This document shows positions 1-10,469 of a stretch of 20,000 bases of DNA, in pieces (position 1 is the first letter of the stretch; every line of letters starts with the position of its first letter). The stretch covers positions 53,404 to 73,403 of the forward strand of contig JYFJ02001667.1 in NCBI GenBank assembly GCA_000934665.2. The letters are read 5' to 3'. Source of the DNA: Catajapyx aquilonaris. Lineage: Eukaryota. The notes under the pieces are model-generated. The model had not been told where the DNA came from. It saw nothing but the letters and a program-made list of their open reading frames with translations, and ran no database searches. The position numbers were made by a program, and so were the translations under genes.

Positions 1-29
1 CACGGTATGGGCCATGGTCTGGACTGTTT

Positions 30-345
30 GGAGGAAGCTCAAAGACGTTCCACTTGAACTATTAGAAAAGGACGCAGGACAATGCGTGACTGCTGCAGAT
101 GGCAGTTCTTACTCGGTCTACACTCCAAATCTGGAAGAGCTCAAGCCTTTGAGCATTTAGACCATGATCCAGACCTTGCAACGAATGGCCTTCACTTTTT
201 CCACACCTCGAGAAAAATATTTTGGCAGACGAGAACCTATAGGAAGTGACTCAGAGGGGAAAGAATAGGCTTGGCGACGAGAGTGCTCGACACAGGCTTA
301 CAAAATTTCCTACTAGAGTTAGAAACATTCTTCGATCCACGTGAT
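30..345 (+). pseudogene. Degenerate mariner-family transposase C-terminal remnant
   Basis: Across frameshifts it reads ...NLEELK / FEHLDHDPDLATNGLHFF (from 148) / FPHLEK ... LDTGLQNFLLELETFFD. This is collinear with the mariner consensus WEVLxHPPYSPDLAPSDFHLFxxLK...FxxGIxKLxxRWxKC. Contains stops and frameshifts; recognised by eye. Confidence 0.45.
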
Positions 346-611
346 GCTTCTGCACTGTGGTATAGCTAAAGTCTGTGGAATCATGTGGCTCCGTTGATTT
401 TTTTTTTAGAAAACTTTGCATTTTTTTTCAATTTTACTGCGTACCTTTGACCTTTCAGACGTGGCAGTATATGCATAGAGGAAAATATATAAAATTTTAA
501 AAATATTGGGCAAATATTGTAACGGAAATTCCCAATATGAGGGAGCCAAATGAAAGTCCACATTCTTACATATTTTTCAAGTTGTCTTTTGGATGTTTTG
601 TCCCACCGAAA

Positions 612-768
612 GACAACTTTTCAAGGTGACAGCTGTCGTGGGCATAGCTGTTCCTTGCTCATAGAACAACCACCGAGCCGTACCGTCCACATGCTCTTCC
701 GATGACAGATTTTTCAAATATATTACCAAATATATATGTCCCTGGACCTTCCAACAGTCCAGACTTGG
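612..768 (+). pseudogene. Possible degenerate Tc1/maT-type transposase DDE fragment
   Basis: TFQGDSCRGHS (cf. FQQDxAPxH) is followed about 40 codons later, after a frameshift, by PSNSPDL (cf. WPPNSPDLNP). Only two short motifs. Confidence 0.25.
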
Positions 769-769
769 G

Positions 770-790
770 GATTAGTGATTAGTGATTAGT
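770..790. repeat. (GATTAGT)x3 tandem repeat
   Basis: Three perfect copies read directly. Confidence 0.9.
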
Positions 791-2545
791 GGTTCTCTAA
801 AAAATTGTGACTCTAACGAAATTATAATAGGAAGAGGCGGCTATGCTTCCTTGTGCAAAGGTGAGCCTCCCATGAAAAGGGACGGTGATAACTTGTGTTT
901 CGGTAGGACAACAACTGTGTCTTTCAAAATGTAGGTGAAAATGTGTATTTTTTTGGCGCTCTCATGGGAGATAGTTTTTAAATTTAACAGTTACAAAATA
1001 TAGGCTGTATCGATTTGCCCTTCCCTATTAATCACATCCCATGAAAATCAGAAAATTATCACCAACGCAATTTTTTAATAATCTTGCCTGAGCAATATAT
1101 TAGCAAAGAAAATTACATTTGGCCAAGTGCACATATATGCAGCTATGAAAGAATAGAATGTGAGAAATATAATATAAAAATAGAAAGTATTGGTACCTGA
1201 TTTTCTGTTTAAAGAATTGTACGAGTATCATTATTTTCCATTAGCAATCGCGTAATATTTTTCCTAATTATGTTCCGTGGAAACCACGATTCTTGACATT
1301 TCTTGCATATACTGTAGTTTCACAGCTACATCAAATGCATTCTTACGCACACGGGGTATATGCCTACCAATAAATACGACGTAATTGTCAAATATGCAGG
1401 TGCAAATATGCGCTGATGAAGGCATGATTAACATACCACATATTGTTTGTGAATATGCGACATGAAAATGAGAAAATTAATGAATGCCAATGTGTCACAA
1501 GCGAGAGAACAAATAATAGGATTATAAAAGAGAATAGGCTAATCATGAAACTAGTAGTAACATTTATTTGGGCACTAATGCTAAAGTAAGTGATCTTGCA
1601 CTTCTATTGCACCGCCATTCCGGATAAAGATGGTAATTAATTATGGGGAAATCCTGCATTAAACTTGACAAAATGCCAGCATGAAAACAAGAATTAAAGT
1701 AGTATAGTACGGTATATTACACTACACTACAAAATAACATTATTTGTAGCCGGGACAAAAAAGAGCTATCTACAAACACGAAATGCCATGACCCAGGGCA
1801 AATTCCAGAGCATTGCTGTCTTGAAGTTGCAAAATGGCACAGTAGGCCTACACATCAGTAGTAGAAGGAATGGGGAAGTATTCATAAAAATAGGTCTGAA
1901 CTGTCAATAGATGGGTCGGATTTCCTGGCGAGGGACACAAAGAAGAGATTTTAGCAGCCTGAGAAGATGACTGAGAAGGGGGACTAAAAGGGGATAAGTC
2001 AAGTGGATGTCACTAACTGTCGGACAGTCCAAAAAATCCCCGTAAAGATTTTAAAATTATTGCGACTCTAATACACTATAAATTATTTGTGTGTGGTGAA
2101 CAAGCAATAAATTGTTGTATTTCAACGTGCCCTGCAAAAAATGTGTTCCATAACCTTTACACGCTGACCTAAAAACCATACGGAATTACCTAACAACATT
2201 ATGTTATCGTTTAATATGTTTGTTACGTGCAACTTGAATATACGTATTAATGATAATGTTATTCTACCTCTGTCAGCGCCTACTATATATTTTGGTAATC
2301 TAATTCCAGGAAGCAATTTATACTGAATTTATTTCAACGTTTAGTTTTATTGTAAAATAATATTATCATAACATAAAATATTTACCGATTTCGAATACCC
2401 ACCATTAAGAACATATAAACAATTGTTAACATTTTATCGAAAATAGTTCAGCCGTGGCAATGCAAAATTGATTTTAGAGCTGACTTTGTGTCAGCTATAA
2501 TCATATTTAATGAATATATATTTTACAACGTTACACCTGCCATTA

Positions 2546-3286
2546 CACTAGGGAACACAATTGAACTATTTTTGGCACTTGTATATGAATGTGTTATTCT
2601 TATTGTATTCTTTGTGCTGATTTCAAATATGTTAACCGATATTTTGTATCACCTACAGTTTTTGAGCAATATTGGCATTTTCATGGTATCAAAAAGCCTT
2701 TTTAAATGTGGCTATAGTCATGCATTTTGAAATGACTAATAGGGCTTGGCATGGGCTTGGTATGGATTAGTTATGATATCCCCATTGTAGATATACCAAA
2801 ATCCTCTTATGGAATAATGTTTACATAAAATATGGATAAGGTGACAATGAGCAATGTGCGGTAATTCTAGAAAACAAGGTATATGCTTGTTACCTTAGAC
2901 AATACAAGGGTATTGTCTAGGCTTGTTACATGAAAATGGATGCCGATATTAAAATTCTGACTTCATATTCACAATTAGCGCCTCGGGGGAGTACGGCCTG
3001 TTACAAAAAACGGATGTCGATAGAAACATTTTGACGTCAAATTCAAACTCATAGCATACTAATACATAATGAAAAGTGAAAATGGCGCATTTAACAAAAC
3101 CGTTCTTGACCATACATTAGTCACATTGAGCAATGTACAGTGTACTTTCCGCAAAATAAGGTATGGCTGTTACAAAAAAAATGGAGGGTGATGGACACTT
3201 TCTGACGTCATATTCGGATTCAGCGCATATGAATGCATTAGAAACAGCTAAAATGGTTCATGTGCGAAAATCCTTGTAGACTAGTG
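2546..3286. mobile_element. Non-autonomous Chapaev3-like (CMC superfamily) DNA transposon
   Basis: TTA|CACTAGGGAACACAA ... TTGTAGACTAGTG|TTA: CAC..GTG termini, short imperfect TIR and 3-bp TWA TSD (2543-2545, 3287-3289). Three degenerate subterminal repeats (tgttaca..aaaa.gga....gat.....tt.tgac.tca.attc) lie near 2924, 2999 and 3168. No transposase ORF. Confidence 0.7.
2886..2929. mobile_element. Transposon excision footprint or TIR-only relic with 8-bp TSD (P-element-like)
   Basis: cttgttac (2886-2893) + cttagacaatac-aagg-gtattgtctagg (2894-2921; 12-bp inverted arms, 1 mismatch) + cttgttac (2922-2929). The paralogous repeat units at ~2999 and ~3168 lack the insert. Confidence 0.6.
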
Positions 3287-3304
3287 TTATTAGACAGGGT
3301 GAAA

Positions 3305-3420
3305 TGAAACAGTTGATTATTTTAGGAGATGCAACGACATGGAACGAACACGGGAGTTTCATATGAATCGCCACCTGGAAGCTGTTGGTTGCAAGAAAGA
3401 AGGCCACCTAGAAGAATGGC
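3305..3420 (+). pseudogene. Possible RTE-clade LINE ORF 3' remnant
   Basis: KQLIILG / MQR / MERTR / WKL / RRPPRR-W across frameshifts resembles the RTE C-terminal signature QLxWxGHVxRMxxxR...WxPxGxRxxGRPRxRW. Confidence 0.35.
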
Positions 3421-4325
3421 CGTTTTCAGAATTGCAACACTAGTTGGGCTATGAATCTGCACTTGCCTAATACAGTAATTGCCCTCGACGAGCTGTATTT
3501 TGGCCCTTTAGTTCTCTTAAGTTGGGGCAATGGTAATCCGGAGGAGGAATATATTCTAGTCCAGGGTTTTTGGAACTATTTAGAAATTCCTTTGCTGAAG
3601 GATTTAGAGTTGGAAGGAGTCCGTGTCTTTCAGACCCTCTCAGTTTCTTCCACACATATTCCTGCTTACACATCTGAATGCGGGGGGAAAAGCCGTAAAC
3701 AGGATTTCATGTTGGAAGGCGCGTCCCACTCTGGTCCCACTTGTTGGAGATCAACTCTACACAGTCCGCCTCTCACTTGTCTCAACTCTCAACTGGGATA
3801 GAGACTGTGTAAAGTAATATTTTCCTGGCCTTAGCCTAAGGGTGATGTTGGTTTATGAGGGCTTTCCCATCCCAAATGGAACTACGGAAAATTTTCAGTT
3901 TCCCGTATGTTTAAAAAAGTACGGGCCCTGGTTGGGCTACGTACAGTGCAGTATGCAGACTCTCCTGCAGGCTACTCAAACCTCCTTCCATCTACTTGAC
4001 TAAAAGCAAACATTATCTAAGTACAGATGCGACATACAGTATGTAAAATCCTGCAACAAGAAGTTATGCATGGACGGTTGAAATTCAAATTGTGAGACTT
4101 TTATGAATGTGTCAGTAAAACTGCAATGAATTTCTTGCCACCGATACCTATCACGACGTGCTATAATATCGTGAAACCTCCCTATATAGCGGATCTGTAT
4201 ATCGGAAATCTCCACTACGAAGTTTTTGTTTTGTCCCGATGGAAGACTTGTATCTTAATATTAAAGTGTTACTGTACCGCGGTACTTCATTTATAGGCCT
4301 ATACTAATCATATCTAATGGTTCTA

Positions 4326-4657
4326 GGGGAGGCGGAGTGGTGCTGCGGTAACGTATTCGCCCACGGATGTTAAGGTCCCGGGTTCGATCCCAACCCGGGG
4401 ACACCCCCTTCATCTCGCGAAGAGTTAAGCGGTCGTCTCTGGCTTCGTCTCGGGTGGTATTTCCATTTCCACAGACTAACCCCGGGGGAGTTCACTAAAA
4501 ATGGCCACAGCGTCAGATGCACTGCACCTTGCACATCCCCTCCTGTCATCCTGCCCGTGGGCCCGGGCATTTTCAAATGACTAGGCTCCATGTGCCATCA
4601 TCAAATAAAGGTCCGTGCGATATGCCCTCAGGTGGGGGCGAAAGCACATTACCCCAG

Positions 4658-4727
<70 letters not shown>
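4326..4727 (+). mobile_element. Full-length tRNA-derived SINE with (ATT)n tail
   Basis: Pol III A box TGGTGCTGCGG (4338-4348) and B box GGTTCGATCCC (4381-4391). GC-rich body, 3' stem-loop GCCCTC-AGGT-GGGGGC and (ATT)23 tail. Perfect 16-bp TSD atatctaatggttcta at 4310-4325 and 4728-4743. Confidence 0.92.
4659..4727 (+). repeat. (ATT)23 microsatellite, SINE tail
   Basis: Perfect trinucleotide run; explains the poly-Y and poly-I ORFs in the track. Confidence 0.97.
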
Positions 4728-4731
<4 letters not shown>

Positions 4732-6459
4732 CTAATGGTTCTAAAAGCAGTTCAGCAATAGGTTCCTGTTTTCTACGAACTGGAAAATTTAATGCGGCCC
4801 TATAGGGGACAGAAGGTGGAAGGTTGTAATATATTTCTGAATTTCTGGATATGTTGGAAAGCGTTGAACCAGAATGCAGCAGCATGATAGGTGCCAGCAA
4901 GATGCATATATACTCTGCATAGAATCCCGAGCACTGTAAGCTACTGGGCTTGGGCTTAGTAATAATGTGCTATATTTTTCGGCGAGTTCTGCGCTTTCCT
5001 CCTCGCTGATGGTTTGGAGCGATAAGGTGTTTAGTTGGGGATGCCTGCGAGCTGTGAAATCCTCGCTACACAGAATTACTTCGTGCAGAACATGTCAGCA
5101 GGCCGTCTTGCTATGGGCAACTGTTGCAGAAATTACATTACGCAAGGGGTTTTTTTTTTGAAGAATGTACAGTGCATTTGAAAAGCTGGGCACAGAATAT
5201 AACAACAAATTTAGTAGCAAGCCCTACTATACATTTCAGAAATTATCATTTGCTTTAGTGTCGCTGTAGGGGCCTACAATAATTAATAACGGAATTATTA
5301 ATTACAGGTATATTACACGCTGCTCTATGACTTAATAATTATTGTTACTACTATTGCCTAGATCTAGGAAATTCACACTACAGTGGTGCATTTATGAAAG
5401 GTCTTTCAATATCCAAGTCCTCAGATTAAGGGAAATTAATACCTAGTCATGTGAATGTGAACTGGACTATTGTAACAATAAGTAAAAACTGGGTAGGCTA
5501 CACTTACAGAGTTACAGGCAATGCTCCTCACGGTAGAAGGTATACTTTAACTTTTACATGCCCTAGAAAAAACCCAACTGAAGCGGAGGTAAATTGCTGC
5601 ACAATCTATAGTGACGTCAGATGTGCATACGCCTGCTTTAAGTACGGTATCGAACTTTGTGCTAACAACGACCGTATTGATGAAAAAGCAATAATCCTCT
5701 CAATGACGCTCAGATTTTTCATATCATAAAATTGTGTGGTCTGCACATGGAGGACTTTTCCGTAGTACAATAATACGCGTAATAACGGATAAACTTCCAG
5801 AAGCAAAAGACGAATCCACAGCATGCCACATAGGCTTACATGCTGTCATTTGTCTGAAATGAACCGTTCAATATATTGAAATTTTTATTCGCATTTTCGA
5901 CATGACACAAATATCAATATTTGGAAACCAATATTGCATCGCTATTTTTTCCATATATGCCGGCCCATCTTCAATAGTATTGGCTGTACACCTGCTATTA
6001 ACCATAGAAATAACCTCATAATCGATGTAAGTAACTGTATTTGGAGTGACAGATTTCCGGATAGTAGATTGATAGTAACACGCCGCGATTTTATCAGGAT
6101 TTTGCCACAGGCGCTCATATTTTGAAGCATTTGGATGGATTTAGGCGTGAATTTATTTATAGATAAAAAATATGTCGATACACCCATTAGTTTCCCAATT
6201 TGTCAAATTGTCAGCAATAGTTTAACTGTGCCTTGCGATTCTATAGAGAGGAAGGAAATTAAACATCTTTTCTCATTTCCAAAAGAGCCATTTCCCCTAT
6301 ATATGGTATAAATAAGAAGCAGAGCACTTTTGGAGAGGAGGTTATATCAATTTCCCTATTCCCTAAAAGTAACGGACATCTCTTTGGCGATCCTATGTTT
6401 GCGTCTTCCGAGTTCCATAGAACGACCATTCCATCCCTATAGTTCTCCAGCGCAGCAGT

Positions 6460-6576
6460 AAAACCCAGAACGAAGGCAGGCCATTCGGACACCATCAGAT
6501 AGGCTGTACATTCGCACTGGGACTCTTTTTCCCTTCCACCAAATAACGTTTTATAGAATGGCCTGGCCCTGAGGTA
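6460..6576 (+). pseudogene. Possible CR1/L2-group LINE ORF 3' remnant
   Basis: PRTKAGHSDTIR ... SF/FPST ... *NGL/PEV resembles the C-terminal motif TRxxH...SFFPRTIxxWNxLPxEV; the TAG could derive from TGG. Confidence 0.33.
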
Positions 6577-7239
6577 ACACACTGCTGACGTTTCTGCAAA
6601 CATACTCGGAATTGAGATTAATTAATCAAATAGATCATCGCGTTCTTAAATATTAATTTAGAGATATCACATTTCACTGAGGCACTGGTAGGCTATATGT
6701 TTGTATATTTTTCTGGAATTACACATTGGTGGGTTTAATTTACATAATACAGGTACATTCCAATATTTCATCATAAGAATAAAAGTAGTCCGCAGCCGGT
6801 TCAGAGGGAATCTAATTTCTACGAGTAGTTAGACACCTGCTCTACCACTACTGCCGCTTAGTATTCTACCATTTTCCGTGTATACTTATATCAGAAAGCA
6901 GAAATTTGATATATGACGCTTACAAAAAAAAGTGAACAACATGAAAACTGATCCATGCATTTCAGTACAACGGAATAAAAAAAGGCATGCACTGCCCGAG
7001 GACATTCTCTGAAAGGAATCGTGTTACGCCATCATTTTCCGTCGCACAATTCTAACTATTTAACATAAAAAAACACACCGCATTTCAAAAATCGGTAGAG
7101 GTCACACAAAAAAATTATCTACAATCAACCTTTTGCACAGTAGCCCCTGACCTATGTTTGAATCAGGTCCTACTGCCGTCATGGCATCCTTGGACTTTAG
7201 TAATTATCAGTAAGCCGCAGGTTGAGTGGCAAAAACCTA

Positions 7240-7525
7240 GATCGAACGCATTGATTCACTCAGTCGGCACAGCTCTAATATAATCCGACGTGAAAAAGTG
7301 GAAGGGGAGTGAGTGAATGGCGCAAGTGATGTGGGAGGGTAGGTGGGAGGAAAGGGGAAGGCGGGGAAGGGGGATTGTGTGCTATGAGAAGGAGAGCCAG
7401 CAGCCATATCTCCTTCTGGCGACTCTTGGCTCTCAGCCTGATTACAGTTCTCCTGACTTACAGATGTTCTAGGCACTAGTCTGCATTTGTCCGATGGAAA
7501 CTGAGAGACTGAGGATACCCGGTCG
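7240..7525 (-). mobile_element. Old SINE body/3' remnant
   Basis: Minus strand gggtatcctcagtctctc...ggacaaatgcagactagtgccta is followed by a C/T-rich tract. It resembles the conserved central domain GGTTTTCCTCAGTCCCTCCAGGCAAATGCCGGGATAGTACCT of insect SINEs (recalled). No TSD found. Confidence 0.35.
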
Positions 7526-10315
7526 TCAGAAGCTCGCCTTTTCTCCAGGGGAGTATTACCCAGATATAGGCCAATTTGGTTACAAACCAGCAGCAAAACT
7601 CTTATGTTCTATTAAGCAGTTGATAGGTGATATTCACTCGCATTTTTTTTAAGGAGAAGGAATGCTTGTCACGAGAAAGCGTTAAATACATTTTGGTCAC
7701 TGAGGGTTATCACCGAGGTTATCATTCTCTGGTCCGAGCACAGGAAAAGTGCGTATGTATGGTCCTGCAGGCCAAAAATTATGCATTATCAAGCCAGTTA
7801 GCGGGCAAAAGATTGATTGGCGATAATTGCTTTTCAGGTGGCTGATGAGCCAGGTATTGACCAATAATCTATACCTTGTGCTTGTATGATTTCTGAGGGG
7901 AAATTGTCTGTGAGTAGGGGAGATGCAAACATGCCGCACTTTTGCAGGGTCGTACACTTTCCTTTTCTGGACCAGAAAACACTGAAGCTGTGAAACAGTG
8001 CATCAGATAACATATGGTTTTCATTGAACCGAATACAATCATCAAAATAGTCCTGGCGACCTAGATGGCTACAATCCTTTCGAAATTATTCGGTGTCCAA
8101 AGGTATTTTGTAGTATTATTTGATGCATGTTTTCTTATCCGACCTGTGACACGTTAGTGTGGAAGTAGCCATACGGAAGCTGTTAACCAATCAACTGAAT
8201 CACTTACTTGCCTTTTTCTCAACCAGTAAGTTTATATCCGTATTCACGGTCTTCTCTAAAAGAACTGATGATGAATAAAAGAATTTTATAATTATTTAGG
8301 GTTGGCGTATTAGGCATCACACAACAATATAATTACGGAGAATGCAGCGTTTCTTCGTGAATATATGGGGATTGTCAGTGGCTCATATCTTCATGTGCTC
8401 ACGAAGTAAGCATTGCATCAACTACATAGAACTCTTCCATAATTAACAGCACTCGTAGAAGATATTTAACAAAAACAGGATGTCGCAGCGAGTGAATCAC
8501 CCTATATATATAGTATGCAAATGGGTATTGGATTTCCTGTATAGTATGTTTCCAGTATTCATATATTGTTCCCTTTCCGCTCGATGACTACGTACAGTGC
8601 AGATTTCTCCGTTTTCATTATGGTAATGTGATGCATTTCAATTAATAGAGAAGTTTTGTAGATCGTATCACTTAGTGTTCTCATGTCATGAGCGATATTT
8701 TGTCAGGTCATACTTTTTTGTTGCCTCGAAGAGTAATTAATATATTGATAAATAATTTTGGATGTGCTGGACAAAGAGTAAACGCCGAAGTTCCACTGTT
8801 GCGAATGATTCATTTTTGTGCTGTGAACATCCTTCCATATGAATAAACAGGACAATGTCAAAGTCGATGATGATTTAATATCTAGATTCTAGAGTATCTA
8901 CTTATTAATAAATTGCCTTGTGACATTAAAACGCAATAAGGGTAACCCCTATCTCGTAATGCATCTCTCCTTATGGGATAATGATTGAAAATCCTAAGTT
9001 AATTAAATACTTCATTCTGGGTCGACATAAGTCAATAAAGGTGCATAATATCCAGGCCATTACCATAAAATCGGGAAGCTGAAATTTAAAATGAGGCCGG
9101 AGAACAGACAAATTATTATGTTTAAAAATTAAGTAAAAAAGCAAACGGATTTGGAATGATAACATAAACATTAAGGAGTAATAAAATTACGAGTAATTTT
9201 CACATATTCCAGGCGTCAACATCGGTCGACATAATCCATCATTACGTCCGTTACGAAACAAATCAGTAATCATTTTCATTATCCAACATCCAATTGTGTG
9301 TGACTCCACCTGCTTCAAAAACAGTTACGCAATTAATGTACAATATATTTTCCCATAATGAGAATTTTGCAGATGAACCCGCCACCATAGACAGCTTCAC
9401 TCGTAAAAAAAAAACTACCGATGCAGGTTAGGAAAGAAACAAAAATTACGAAATGTTCCCTTCGTTGGGGTTGTATTCTTTGTTTTTGTGCGTTTATAGG
9501 AGTTATACAGTATATTCGTAGGCAAATTGTAGCTGATATACAATTAGTTCACTTTCCCGTTAGTAACTTTCTGGGTAAAATGAGAAATTTTCTTCTTTGA
9601 AGACAAGACTCAAAAGGAGGACTCATCTTCATATCAGTATGCCTGTACAACTAATGAGCTAGTAGTTATTAGCGACAGAGATCCATTACCTTGAAGACAG
9701 AATTTGCATGACATTGTGTCTCACTTTTGTTTCAGGCAATGTGTTTTTTTTTGCTTGACTCAGAAGACTCATCATGTTGGCCGTCGACTTTGAGTCAGTG
9801 TGTCTGTGGAATTACGGGAAAAGGCTTCTCAAGAGAATGTTACAGCCTCAAAAGCAGTGCTGGCAGCCAAAAGAACAATTATTTATGATCTTAATAGAAG
9901 AAGGGTTCCCCAATACTTCTCCCTGGTTAATTTTACTTGTAAGATCTCAATGTCGGGATATATTCTGGTTAAAGTAATAAGCATGGATGGAGGTACTGTA
10001 CAGTAATTGAGTTTGAGACCAGAATCGTGTCCCTTCGTGTTTCCTAACGAATAATTAACACCTGTTCACTCAAACGAGAGAGAAGAAACCACGAGGGAGT
10101 TGGACAATCAGCTGAATCTTGGGTTAATCTTGTATGCTTAGAGGGTGAATCCCTATGTAAACTTTTCATTTAACGACCCTGTTAATCTGGAGCCTTAACG
10201 CGACCTGTATCTGCTGATGCATTTATTATAAATCATCAAAATGTTACCTTGCATTATATTTCTGTGATTTTCACAACAATTCTACCTAACCGTTTATACA
10301 CAGCCCATATACTGG

Positions 10316-10469
10316 ATAATTTATGTTAGGCTCAAACCACGGAAACGCCCATTGGCCGAAAAAAACGACCAGGCCTAGGTCTGGTCGCCTCAAAACAGCC
10401 AGACCTAGGCCTGGTGGTTTTTTTCGGCCAATAACGGCCATTTTCGGGGTTTGAGCCTAACATAATTAT
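10316..10469. mobile_element. Fold-back (palindromic) MITE-like element
   Basis: Two ~70-bp arms separated by a 14-nt spacer. ttatgttaggctcaaacc (10321-10338) pairs with ggtttgagcctaacataa (10448-10465). attggccgaaaaaaacgaccaggcctaggtctgg pairs with ccagacctaggcctggtggtttttttcggccaat with 1 mismatch. Confidence 0.85.

Noticed and set aside
1413..1445. Hammerhead-like CTGATGA-a-ggcatg-attaa-catacc
   Set aside because: The required GAAA after stem II is absent and there is no stem III. Other CTGATGA hits (7842, 8265, 11948, 19288, 19408) also lack it.
1735..1990. RTE-like LINE 3' remnant (TQGKF, RWV..ARDT)
   Set aside because: Too few and too degenerate motifs to support by eye.
3451..3801. 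116-aa plus-strand ORF
   Set aside because: No recognisable domain; overlaps other equally unsupported frames.
4326..4402. tRNA gene
   Set aside because: A/B boxes are present, but there is no good cloverleaf and it continues into a SINE body with tail and TSD.
4611..4658. Hammerhead or HDV-like ribozyme at the SINE 3' end (hairpin + GCGAAAGCAC)
   Set aside because: No CUGANGA core and no P1/P3/L3 arrangement could be built; only a simple stem-loop.
4517..4900. Poly-Tyr and poly-Ile ORFs
   Set aside because: Translations of the (ATT)n SINE tail.
5868..6140. ~90-codon minus frame with faint pogo DDE resemblance (NAS..ERL, IRKS..P, AYM...WF)
   Set aside because: Resemblance too weak; catalytic motifs not identifiable.
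8330..8506. maT/Tc1 C-terminus plus TIR-like gaatcaccctata
   Set aside because: Single degenerate terminus with no partner; weak protein similarity.
9736..10006. Exon-like segment after ttttgtttcag and ORFs 9774/9800
   Set aside because: In-frame stop near the acceptor in the most protein-like frame; no recognisable homology.
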